DNA of 64,000 nucleotides from Phoronis australis (GCA_002633005.1 NMRA01000909.1:12177-76176), one strand, 5' to 3'; numbered from the stretch's first letter, positions 12,739-24,409 are shown. Numbers and translations: made by a program. The notes: generated by a model not told the origin, from the letters alone.

Positions 12739-13143
12739 CTAGGAACATGTTAAAAGATAATGTGTCCTGGTTTACCATAACTAACACAATCGCCATTTTC
12801 TCAGATTTGAACTGAAACGTTGTTTTACGATTCAGTATCATAACAAGCCTTACAATCACCGATTTGTCAATACCTAGATGTATAACCATTCCACCACTTT
12901 GAGCTTTTGGCTAAGCAATTATTCAGTATAGAGCGATTATCAAGTAACGGAGTGACCATAGTCATAGAGGGGGGGAGGCAAAACATTAACTAAGCCAGCC
13001 TCAGCTGAAGGTATACTTAGTCCAATGGAAGATTGAAAACCGGCCATTTTTTCAATGAACCATGTTGTCACATGCAATATCAAGGTATTTCATGAACTGA
13101 AAGCTTGTGGTAACAAACACAATAAAATATTACAAAGCAACAT

Positions 13144-14916
13144 ACAAGAGCAACACGGAGCGTTGAAATGCGCCCACGAATCCACTGCCAACGGAGTGCT
13201 TCTAGGGTTGTTTATTTTTTTTCAGAAAAATAGTCACAAGAGGGCAAAAACATCCAATCCATTTTAAAATCGGTACATGCCATCGCTTCTTTAATAGAAA
13301 GCTATTTAGCAAATTTCATAAAAATCTGTCAAGGAGCTTCAAAGAAACAAAGGAAAACAAAAAATAATGAAATTGACACTTTGGGACACAGCCTTCATTG
13401 CATCCGCCTGAAAGACGTCGTCATCTGTTGTTAGCTTCACATAAATACAATTACTAAATTTAATAAAGATCCTGCAATGAGTTTAGGAGATGAAGCTATG
13501 GGCACAAACCAAAACAAAACTACCACTAGGAGGCGCTACAGTAGTCGAATGCGTTATTGTCAACCGTCCTCTTCACACTGAGAACATATACCAAATACCA
13601 ATTTTCAAAGTCATCCTCAGAACGGTTTGGTTGATCGAAGGGTGGACGCCAAAAAAGCAAGACTAGAAAACAAGAATATTGGCCACTAGGTGGTGTAAAA
13701 TTACATCCCAAAGCGGGAGGATAGCATTTTCTCACCAGTAAATGCCTATATTCCAAACCTTCTGATAACCCACTGAGGACCTTTGAAGATACAGAGGTAA
13801 GCCTAAAAAATGAAAATTGCCACTACGGGGCACACTGGTTGTCAGATCCGTCCGAGAGTAGTCATCCATTGTTAACATCATATAAAAACTCTTGCTAAAT
13901 TTAGTAAAGATGCTGCAAACCGTTTAGGAGATAGAGCCATGGGCGCAAAAAAAACAAAACTGCCAGTAGGAGGCGCCACAGTAGTTGAAGTCATTGGTTA
14001 ATCATCGTCAGCTTTGTAGTAAGAACATACATGCCAATTTTCATTATCATTCTCAGTGAAGTTTGGTTGATAAGGGGGTGGAAACCCAACAACAGAATAA
14101 AAACAGTAAAAATGGCCACTAGGTGGCACAAACTACGTCAAATCCATCCGAAAACGGGAGAATAGCTTCATCTCACTAATAGGTGCCTATATTTCAAATT
14201 TTATGAAAATCGTTGTGGACCTTTGAAGATACAGAGGTAAACGTAAAAAACATAAATTGCCACTAGCTAGGGGGCACACCAATAGTCAGATCTGTCCGAA
14301 AGTTGTCGTCATCCCTTGTCAACATCATATAAATACGCTTGCAGAATTTAGTAAAGATCCTGCCAACGGTTTAGGAAATACAGTCATGAGCGCAAAAAGA
14401 GACAAAACTGCCACTTGGAGGCGCCAGTGTACTCGAAATTGTCGGAAAATCATTGTCAGCCGTCCTCTTCATAATAAAAATATACATGCCAATTTTCACA
14501 ATCATTCTTAGAGCGGTTTGGTTGATAGAGGGGTGGAAGCCAAAAAACAGACTCGAAAACAGCAAAAAATGTCCACTAGGTGGCGCAAACTAAATCGAAT
14601 CCATCCCAAAACGGGAGGATAGTGTCATCTGACCAATAGATGCCTATATCCCAAATTTTATGAAAATACGTTTAGGACCTTTGAAGATAGAGAAGTAAGC
14701 GTAAAAAATATAATTGCCACTAGGGGGCACATCGGTAGTCGGATCCGTCCGAAAGTTCGCTCATGCTGTCCCTTTCATAATAGGAACATATGTGCAAAAT
14801 TTCATGAACGTACGTCAAAGCGTTTTGGAGATAGAACAGCGGACGCCGGACGGACGCCAGACGGACAAAGATGACGGCATAATGCGTCCACATATAAATA
14901 TGTGTCCGCATAAAAA
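13144..14916. mobile_element. HINE/pearl-like family 1, copy E (complete)
   Basis: ACAAGAGCAACACGGAGCGTTGAAATGCGCCCACG start; ends GGACGCCGGACGGACG...ATGCGTCCACATATAAATATGTGTCCGCATAAAAA. Confidence 0.8.
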
Positions 14917-15015
14917 TGTAAACAGAAGTGTTGGATGGTTTTCAAGGACAACACTATGCACTGAATGTACAGTATTAAGAATGCATATTTCTGATAAACA
15001 CATGATGGAACTTAC

Positions 15016-15166
15016 AATGTACAGAGATACTGCATTGAAGAAAGCGAGAATCCAAGATCTAGTGTCTCCGGTGCTATACAAACTTCATGGAAGTTAGTAG
15101 GAGAGATGAGTGGATAAACGTTGACAAATTCTTTGATATAAGATGGATCAGCATTCGGTAGATTTC
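15016..15166 (-). CDS. SABATH-family methyltransferase, exon 4
   Basis: Acceptor TTTTACAG|, donor |GTAAGT, 151 nt, phase 1-2; GNLPNADPSYIKEFVNVYPLISPTNFHEVCIAPETLDLGFSLSSMQYLCT aligns to the G.SFY...FP..S....FS..A.HWLS region. Confidence 0.9.
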
Positions 15167-16660
15167 CTGTAAAACATTGTGCACGAACGTGAACGCGAAT
15201 TACCTCCCTCATCCCGCTGCCACATTGTGTAGTTACATAAGCATTGCAATTAACACCTGGAGTAATATCACTATTGCCAGTTCATGAATTAAATGAATTG
15301 CCTATGCTGTAGTGGATAAATTTGTGTTTGATGGTAACAAGCCACTACTCCAAAGGTCCACTACTCCGAAAGAGAATTACTCTTAAAAAAAGTTTCTCAA
15401 AACCGGGGCTTCCTAATATGGTCCGATGCACAGTTCTGTTGCGTTTAAAAACATTTTAGTGTGTGTTGTTTCTTATGTTGCTTTTCAGAATTTAGGACTT
15501 TTATACATTACTTAGGAATAGCAATATTTTGATGTACGTTATTATAATGAAAAATGTTTAGTGTTACGATTTTCATTGTTGCTTAAACATAGTAACACTT
15601 TTAAACACTGAAATTCTTTGGGTTAGATTACTCGTACTATGTTTAAAGTGGTGCCTAAACAAGGCAAGGTGTAGTTTTAAAAGACTTTCGGCCTAATTGG
15701 GCGACATTTTCTCCCTTTCTTTTTGACCTGATGTTACCCTCAGGATTGGTCCATATTTGAATATTATTGACTGCTGATGAGTTAAAAATTCGTTTGCCCA
15801 AATCGGGAAATGACACGAGATTCCTTTCCTTGTCACGATGTTCCCAATATTTCACTGAAACTTATTACTGGTATGCGCCAAAGGGTCATGGGTCAAATTA
15901 ACTGCTATACACACCGGTATATCGGTTGATATCCATTGTTCCTAATCTTTGAGCCATTCATAGATTGCCAACCAATTTACATCAACTGAGCTTCATTCAG
16001 AGGCCAAATCAATTCAAACATCTAGATACCTTGGTAATTTTTTTGCAGAACATTTCAAGTTCAGTGACACCATTACGTGCACTGAGAGTAGACAGGGGGT
16101 ACAGTTTTGTTGATGCCCACTGGGTGGTCTACATGGGAATAAGAATACAGGAGTTTTGTCGGCGAGGTCGTTTCCATAAGCCACAAGTGCTATCCCCAGG
16201 GATGTTCATATTTAATCATGAGTTCAATTCACATCAGATAACAAAGAAACTTAGTAAGGAAAGTGTGTTTGTTAACTCTGCATTAAATTGTGGGGCTGAA
16301 CGTGAAGCCAGTTCACATGCTTTTGTATAATGTAGTGACCACTTCTTTGTCCTTTTTTCCGTAAATCCTTGATCTGCACTATAAGTAGCCCCAATTTCAC
16401 CAAAAGGCACTTTCTGCTTTTGTGAACAACAAATGTTTGTGGGCCATGATGGAGGACATTCATTGTGAAATTCTCGCTGAAACTAATACCTTATTAAGTT
16501 CATCTAGATGTCAGACCTGTCCAAATGATTACGTGTCTTACTTTTCTAACAACAACTGTGCTGTGCTAGTGACGTATAAATGCAATGAATAACTTTTGTA
16601 ACTGATTTGTGCGCAATCAAAGAAATGTGAAATGATCTTGAACTATGAAAAAGAACTCAC

Positions 16661-16759
16661 CAGTAAGTCTCCGTACGAGGGACTTGTAGTCGTTCATAGG
16701 CAGGTCCTCATATAATACTTGAATGGGCAGTTCATCACCGTACCGAGACCGTAAAGTTC
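16661..16759 (-). CDS. SABATH-family methyltransferase, exon 3
   Basis: Acceptor TATTAAG|, donor |GTGAGT, 99 nt; (G)TLRSRYGDELPIQVLYEDLPMNDYKSLVRRLT matches the family signature QV..NDLP.NDF..LF. Confidence 0.9.
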
Positions 16760-17115
16760 CTTAATAGAAAGAATATCATGTTATACGAAACAGAGTTCTG
16801 ACATTTTTGTCTCGGTACTTAAAGCCAATTAAAAATAGAAGTGTTTGATGAAAAGAAAAAGAGAACTTGATACCTTGAACTCGCAAAATCTCGTCTAGTT
16901 TGACTTCAAAACAATTCAGGGGGAGGCGCCATGGTCTCCCTTACTGCGCATTTTTGTGAAGATTTGCATGTGCACCAAGACGGACCTAAAATGACACCCA
17001 GTGTGCATGCATACAAAAAATGCCAGCTTGAGATCTGACAGATTCTTACCCACCACTTGGTTAGTTCTTAATATTTTATTCACCTTCACTTTCTAAGGTA
17101 AAATGCATTACCTAC

Positions 17116-17211
17116 CTACAATCTCTCTGAAAATCCCCATAGAAGAATTGCCATCTCCTGTAGCATAATCGCCTATTGTAAACGTTGATCCACCATCACA
17201 TGGAACTTCAT
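17116..17211 (-). CDS. SABATH-family methyltransferase, exon 2 (SAM-binding motif I)
   Basis: Acceptor TTTTTCAAG|, donor |GTAGGT, 96 nt, phase 1-1; (D)EVPCDGGSTFTIGDYATGDGNSSMGIFREIV matches the F.IAD.GC..G.N motif. Confidence 0.88.
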
Positions 17212-17575
17212 CTTGAAAAAACACAATTATGATAGAAAATTGCATCATCTCTCCATCAGACTTTTTGACATTTCAGTATAATCAGTAACATCAACAACTC
17301 ATGCCACCAGGCATGCCTTTGTCACCAGTGCCGTATTAGGGCCCATAAGAAGTCTAGGCCCTGCTAACTTGAGCTGCCTGTCAAGCTGTCCCTAGTCGAT
17401 AGATTAGAATCAAGGTACTGCCCTCTTGTTACTGTTCAATTTTAGGGTAAACTCTGACCTGTATTTGAGTTTGTTATGTCACCCATTTCAAAATCACCAT
17501 TACCCCGCTGCATTTCACTAAATGGCGATCATGTTACAGGTGTACGTTGATCGTGAAATAAGTCTAGTCGATGGG

Positions 17576-20395
17576 AACAAGACTGTAGCCTATTTCTTAC
17601 TGATTTATGACAACTAAGTGCGTTATATGAATGTTATGATGTTGTGAAGCATCATCACTATCGTCATCATATTCGTCATCTTCGTCATCATCTCCGTCGT
17701 TGCCTTTTCAGTTAAATTCACCAAGTGTCGCTCAAGACTGTAGCCTATACTTACTGATGTATGGCATCTACGTTCATCTTGTGAATGTTATCATTACTTG
17801 AATTGTTCATCATCGCCACCATCGTCGTCATATTCGTCATCTTCGTCATCATCTCAATCGTCGTTTTTTCTGTTAATTTCGCCATGTGTCGCTCCTCTGA
17901 CCGCTTTCATCCTTTTTTTGTTTGTTCGCACTCTACAGGTCGCATTTTGCTACTGATTTCCACAAAATTTGCACACAACTTCTATTTCCGGAAGTACTGG
18001 AAGCCTATTGTTTCTGGTCATGATCGGTTTTAAAACGGCGGATGTGGTGGCCATTTTGTTTCCAATTTCATAGAAGCCGCAATTATTAAAGTACACGGCT
18101 GAAAATCGGTAAAGATATAAAACTGTGAGGTACTATCTACATGCAAAAATTGTGAACTTCTGGTTCAAGATGGCAGAAATATTGGCCATGGCGCATGTGC
18201 ACCTAGATTCCAGGGTAAAAACGCTTTCTCCTGTAGATGGCGCATTATAGGACCAATTTCTTTGAAAATTTTCAGGTATTAGTTTCCTTTGACAAGCTAT
18301 TATCCAGTTATGAGTAACCGGAAGTTGCTTTCAAAATGGCGGATCTGGCGCATTTTGACACATTTTTAGTCGTGCTGGGGTGCCATTTTAAACAGGAAGA
18401 GAAAATGACGTTAATTTTTGCATGTGGTTTCTCTGAAGTATGCCCTTTCAAATGACCACACCAGTTCACCACCACAACTCTTGAGGATATATTTTGGATC
18501 AAACTTCCAACTTTCACATTCAAGAGACTGAAGTCTTTTAACCCTTCCTTAAATAAGGGTGATGTCAGGGGCTTTTAAACCATCATCTTAATAGGAGGTA
18601 ACTGCAATGCTTTTCTTTATTACTTGGCGAAAAAAATTTTTTTTTTTGGTGTCAATTTTTTTTGTTTGTTTGCACTCAACAGGTCGCATTTTTTGTCGGA
18701 TTTTCACAAAAATTTCACACAACTTGTAGCCGCGGATGTGGCGGCCATATTGTTTCCGATTTCTGATTCAGTTGCTCATAAAGACCGTAGTTGTTGACAT
18801 ATCCGGCTGCAAATCAGCTGAAATATAAAACTATACAAGTACTACGATTTAACTAAAAATCATTTACATCTGGTTAAAGATGGCGGAAATATCGGCAGTT
18901 GCGCATGCGCACCTCAATTTTGGGCCAAAAACATTTTCTCCTCTAGAGGGCGCATTATAGGACCAATTCAGTGCTTCAACTTTTTCAGGTATTAGTTTTC
19001 TTTGGCAATGTAATAATCAATGCTAAACATTCGGAAGTTGCTTCCAAGATGGCGAATCTGGCGCATGCTGACCCATTTTCAGTCGTGCTGGGGTGCCATT
19101 TTAAACGGGAATAGAAAATGACGTGAATGTTTGCATGTGGATTCTCTGAAGTATATTCTTTCAAATGAACTGTAAGAATTTTTTCTCAGACTTACCATTT
19201 TTGAGTTATTTCACATTTAATTTCAGAAAATGCAAAATTTTAAATTTTTTCGAAATTTTTTTAGATTTTTGTGCAATTATGTTTTTAGATAGAATTTTGA
19301 ACGGGCTTTCAGAATGTATGTTCCATTTTTCGATACAACGTCGACTTTTTGAATTATTTGAGATTTTCTGAAAATGCTGTTCTTTTGTTGAGCAATTTTG
19401 CTGTGCTGTTAGTTTACCGGCAACTGATTTCTGACTTCTACGTTCGTCATGTGAATGTTATCATATTGTTCATTATCGCCACCATCATCATCATAGTCGT
19501 CATCTTCGTAATTATCTCTGTCGTCGTCTTTTCAGTTAATTTCGCCATGTGTCGCTCAAGACTGTAGCCTATTTACTGATTTCTCACATCTTCGCTAGCC
19601 ACATGAATGTTCAATGTTGTTCATAATCGCCACCTTTATCATTATAATCATGATCGACGTCATCATGTCAATCGTCGTCATTTTTCAGGTAATTTCGCCC
19701 GGTGTCGCACCGAACGCTTTCATTTTTTCTGTTTGTTCGCACGATGCGGGTTGCAATATTCATCCGGTCCTCACGAATGTACATGTAGTTCCAGAAGTAC
19801 TGGAAGCCCATTGTTTTTCGTCAGAGTCGGATCCCAGATGGCTGACGTGACGGCCATTTTGTTTTCAATGTCAGATTCCAATGCTTCTGGAGGCTATAAT
19901 TTTTGACGTACAAGACTGAAAATCGACACTATTATTCAACTGGATGTGGGCTACATGTGTACCGGAATTTGTTTTACTTCCAGTTCATAATGACGGAAAT
20001 ATCGGCAATTACGCATGTGCACCTCCATTTTGGGCTAAAAATGTTTTCCCGTGTAGAGGGCACATTATAAAACCAATTGTTTTGAAACTTTTTAAGTATT
20101 AGTTTCCTTTGACATGCTATTATGCAAAGCTAAGAAACGGGAAGTTGCTTTCAAGATGGCGGATCTGATGCAATTTGACCCATTTTCAGCCGTGCTGGGG
20201 TGCCATTTTAAATGGGAAGAAAAAATGAATGAATTCTTGCAGCCTATTTTTTACTGATTTCTTCTCTAGTCACATGAATGTTATCGTGTTGTTCATAATC
20301 TCCGCCTTCATTGTCATGATCGTCGTCGTCGTCCTCCCCATCGTCCTGTTTTCGCGTAATTTCGCCAAGTGTCGCTCCTCCGAGCGCTCTCGTCA
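17576..20395. mobile_element. Second HINE-like composite repeat family, opposite orientation
   Basis: Repeated ~150-bp AAGACTGTAGCCTAT...(ATCGTC)n...TTCGCCAAGTGTCGCTC modules plus three ~550-bp units (17900, 18660, 19730); right end reverse complements to ACGAGAGCGCTCGGAGGAGCG, similar to the family-1 start. Confidence 0.6.
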
Positions 20396-20699
20396 GTACT
20401 CCTGAATTGATTTTCTGTTGAAGTTTTACTTGTCGAATAACAATCCGATACAATTCGTCGTGTGTTGCTGTTTATTCCCATGGGTAATCTTGGTTTCGCG
20501 AAACTTGCAATATTCAAGTGGCAATATCTTAAATATGTGAGCTGGGTTTGCGTCCACTTGTTGCTCGGTTAATCTTTTGGCCATAGATTCATGTCTGTTG
20601 ACGCTTTAGTTTACTCCATTCATCGTCGATTACAGTTGTCTGGTGTACTCCACGTGTTAGCAGGTAACGTTTTAGTGGGTTGAATTACTCAGAGTAGCA

Positions 20700-21866
20700 T
20701 CTATTGACCTCGGTTCCATACGTTACACTTGCTGATTCCATCCATTTCCATAATCTGTATAGACTACCGCATCTCATAGGGGTCTTTTTGAGTTCACGTC
20801 TTTGCCTTTTGGTCTGGCGAATGCACCATCTAGTTGTGAGCGTTTGGTAGAAAAGGTTTTTGCGGCAATGCAGTGGGACAAGGGTCTACTGTATATTGAC
20901 GACATCCTAGTCTTTGCAAAGACTTTCGGTGACGCCCTCTGCGATCTCCGAGCAGTTTTTTTTACGTTTGCGGGACGCCGGTCTGCGACTTAAGCCGACC
21001 GAAGTGCAGTCTGTTTCGGAGAGAGGTACCTTTCCTAGGCCACGTAGTGTAAGAAGCAGGGGTAAGCTACGACCCTGAAAAGGTTGTTGCAGTTGCAGAT
21101 TGGGAGAAACCATCCTCGAGTTTCGTATGTACGCAGTTTCCTTGGACTGGCCTCATATTACCGCAGATTCGTTCCTGACTTCTCCACTGTTGCTGCACCG
21201 TTGTCACGCTTGACCGGGAAGAACCAGCGATTCGAGTGGGATGACTCATGTCAATTGGCATTTGACCAGCTGAAGGTACTGCTTACCAACCATACAGTGT
21301 TAGCGTATCCCCGGCGGCAGGGTAGGTTTATCCTTGACACGGATGCATCGGCCTTTGGCATCTCAGGAATACTATCTCAGGAGCAGGATGGCGAGGAGAG
21401 GGTCATCGCCTATGCCAGACAAACTCTGTCAGCGTCACAACAGCGCTACTGCATCACGTATCGCGAACTTTTGGCTGTTGTTACATATGTTAAGCGGTTC
21501 CGGCATTATTTGTGGGGCCGCAACTTTCTTATAAGAACAGGCCATCACTCTCTGAAGTGGTTAAAGAATTTTAAGGAACCCGTCGACATGGTTGCCAGGT
21601 GGATAGCGGTCCTCGACACATATGACTACGAGATTAGGCACCGGAAGGGTAATCACCACGGTAACGCTGAGGGATTGTCCCGGAAACCGTATCGCAATTG
21701 CCAGCGTTCTGATTGTGACCAATGTGCTGGCCAACGAGTTTTCGCTACAGTGCGGCTGGGACGGCGCGTCATCAAGGAACGCACTGTCCACCACGCTGCA
21801 GCAAGTACACCAGTCGTTCGTAACCTCCGAGGAAGGTTGATCAAGAAACCGGCCCGGTTTCTATAA
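20700..21866 (+). pseudogene. Ty3/gypsy pol relic (reverse transcriptase + RNase H)
   Basis: PFGLANAPSS..LLYIDDILVF, VRSFLGLASYYRRFVPDFS, FILDTDASAFGISGILSQ, RELLAVV, ARWI..L..YDYEIRHRKG..HGNAEGLSR; frameshifts near 20960-21000; no integrase follows. Confidence 0.93.
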
Positions 21867-21876
21867 TGTTTTTTTA

Positions 21877-22239
21877 TTGTTTCTTCTTGTGGGGAAGCCA
21901 GAGGAGGCCACCAGTCAATCCCGACCCGTGTACAAGTGCGCCGAGTGTGACATGACATTCACCAAGCTATATATGCTAAAGCGGCACGAAAAGACTTGCT
22001 CACCGTTAATTAAACTTATCTGTTGTTCTCATTGTAAGCGTAGGATTTCAGCTAGGCACGCGTGCCGAAAACACCGACGCAAGACCGGGCACGACGGAAC
22101 GACAGAAATACTGGTTCACAACCGGAAACGTGCAAAGGCCGTCGTTGCCGCAGAACGTCGGCAAGAGGTACACAACAGAAGGGACGTTCCCCAGCCATTT
22201 CCTGAAGTTACGGTGGCGCGAGACGAGGCTGTACGTTAG
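21877..22239 (+). CDS. C2H2 zinc-finger ORF in the 3' region of the gypsy element
   Basis: YKCAECDMTFTKLYMLKRHEKTC and CSHCKRRISARHACRKHRRKTGH; lies between pol and the PPT. Start codon uncertain. Confidence 0.55.
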   Translation: MFLLVGKPEEATSQSRPVYKCAECDMTFTKLYMLKRHEKTCSPLIKLICCSHCKRRISARHACRKHRRKTGHDGTTEILVHNRKRAKAVVAAERRQEVHNRRDVPQPFPEVTVARDEAVR

Positions 22240-22586
22240 GACCGAGAAGGCCGGATGTATGTCTTCCCCAAGCAGCACTGGTTCCGCGCCTCTGTCGATC
22301 CGTACTGCCGTTATATTAGTTAGCTAGTGTTTTTAGTTCATTTGTATGTATACAGGTGATGGCCTCACCTTAATTGTTTTTATTTATTCATTTTTGTATT
22401 AGTTTATTTTGTTTATTACGCGCAGTGCTATTGTGTAAGTTGTTCGATTAACTCCATGGTGTTTGGATAGTTGTTTTTTTTTTGGCGTTATTAGTCTGCT
22501 TTTGATATTGATATGTTTAAGTGATTTGAACTTCACTCCTATTTTTTTATTTTTTTATTATCAGTCACGGGGGTGTGACATGATCT

Positions 22587-23243
22587 GAGGCAGGGGGAGT
22601 GTAACAAGAGTGCCCTAAACATGATTACATAAATAAGATATATGCACCCTGTAGTGATCAAGCTGTGCATTGCGTATGGAATTTTCCGATCACTTTTGGG
22701 TCCTTTGGATATGGCCAGAACCTATAGGGGTTGTGGGTCTTGCCCTTCAGATCGTGTCTGATTGGTTTAAATTGTGTACTTAAGCTTTGTCTCTGTCAGG
22801 CACGTGGAGTCCAGTCGTAGAGCTCAAGAAGTTAACACCTACACTCTCACTTACACCAAATTCCAACTATTTCTGCAGCTTTCGGGCTCCTCCCGAACTG
22901 GGTTGCCAATAGTTTAACCCCAGCAATTCTCAGGCTCCTCTTGAGCTTGATTGCATCTCACCTTTCGGATCTGAACAACTAAATTGCCCCCGTTCTTACA
23001 CATACATGTACAACTATTAATTAGCGACTGGCCTACCCGTGTATCAGAACTGTATAAATCACAACGCTGCGATACTAGATCATGGAACAACTGGATTGCT
23101 TGTAAGTGTGATACATTGTATTTACATCTTCTTACAATAAATGTATGTACTATTCACCAACTTTTAGTTTTCAATATCACCTTAAGTCCGTACCGGGCTC
23201 GTAAAATCGGGACGCCTTGGTCGTAGATACCAGCCCCGTTAAA
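22587..23243 (+). mobile_element. Polypurine tract and 3' LTR of the gypsy element
   Basis: GAGGCAGGGGGAG followed by TGTAAC at 22600; AATAAA at ~23136; probable end CCCCGTTAAA (decayed GTTACA) at 23243. No matching 5' LTR seen. Confidence 0.65.
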
Positions 23244-23602
23244 CTTCAAACTCAAATTTCTCAAAAATGTGCAACTTACATGCGGGAACTTTTTAGATTT
23301 TGAAAACACTCTAGTAAATAAATTAAAAAAACACCAAAATAAAATTGCCCCCCCCCCAAAATACTCACAAAAATCATTTTCTAGAAGCCCTACAAATCCT
23401 GCCCCGGATAGAGACGATGGTCATTGTCTAGCCAACGGAGGCTGAGGGTCTACGTGTTGCCTATTCCAACTTACGCGAGTTTTCGTCATACAGAAACATA
23501 TCGAGTCGAGTGAGTAAATCAGAAGACTATGGTTGGAAACTTATTTTACATTTTCCAACTAGAAGAGCTGAGAGCAACTGCGTGCGGCTGAAATTGACTT
23601 AC

Positions 23603-23747
23603 CTAAAGCTTGTAATATGACGGGCCTTGTCTCCTCCAGTAACCGAAAGCATAAAATGAGGTCTTCATCACTGAATCCAGCGCCCTCGTCTTTGATGTAG
23701 GGAACATATCCATTGGAATTGAAACCATTTTGTACGCTGAAAGACAT
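23603..23747 (-). CDS. SABATH/Methyltransf_7-family SAM-dependent methyltransferase, coding exon 1
   Basis: ATG at 23747; MSFSVQNGFNSNGYVPYIKDEGAGFSDEDLILCFRLLEETRPVILQAL then donor G|GTAAGT (phase 1). Joins exon 2 in frame; resembles the family N-terminal P.Y..G.G.YS segment. Confidence 0.8.
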
Positions 23748-23854
23748 CTCAGTACTCAGCCTCGATCCTTAGCACGCTTGCTCACAAATCAACGTACTGT
23801 AACTTGGAAAACTACAGACTTCGTTGTCTCGACAGCACTTAAAAGCCCAGACAG

Positions 23855-24018
23855 CTGAACCTCTAATCTAGGGGGTCAGAGGTTGAACCTCTAAACTAGA
23901 GGGTAAGAGGTTGAACCTCTAAACTAGAGGGTCAGAAGTTGAACCTCTGATCTAGAGGGTCAGAGAATGAACCTCTAATCTAGAGGTTCAGAGAACTTCT
24001 AATCTAGAGGATCAGAGG
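23855..24018. repeat. 28-bp palindromic minisatellite, ~6 units
   Basis: Unit TGAACCTCTAATCTAGAGGGTCAGAGGT containing CCTCTA-ATC-TAGAGG. Confidence 0.9.
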
Positions 24019-24409
24019 AGACTAGTGAACTGTGCAGCTTATTACGCGGCTCCGTGTGGTTTCTTGTACTCAGCGAAGCAAATGGACTCACTATGGCCGC
24101 ACTGGCAAGTTCAGTAGCTGTCTCTTGACTGGACTAAAAATCTGGCAAAACACCACAATATCTCACATAATCTCACAAAATGTTGCTTTTAGCGAGGTCC
24201 TAGAGTTGAACTCCGAGTCCCACCCAGCCTAACCTGGCGGGTGGTAAGAGTGTTCAATTCACTTCACAAGTAGCGAGGTCACCCCACAATGATCACTGTG
24301 GTCAAATAAATGTCTTGACTCCTGTGGCGGGAGATTTGAAGTGACACATACAGTGCTACGATGCTACGAAAGATAACACAAAATACGTCACACGTCATAC
24401 CTCGTCAGC

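Noticed and set aside
12635-12889. 84-aa minus-strand ORF from the track
   Set aside because: Wrong frame; the real exon 12608-12738 reads in another frame fixed by splice phase and family motifs.
4160-14916. Regularly spaced conserved words resembling a CRISPR array
   Set aside because: Spacers are homologous to each other in a trimeric cycle, the context is eukaryotic introns, and no cas genes are present.
17785-19906. Hydrophobic, membrane-protein-like ORFs (IIATIVVIFVIFVII)
   Set aside because: Translation of the (ATCGTC)n microsatellite modules of the repeat family.
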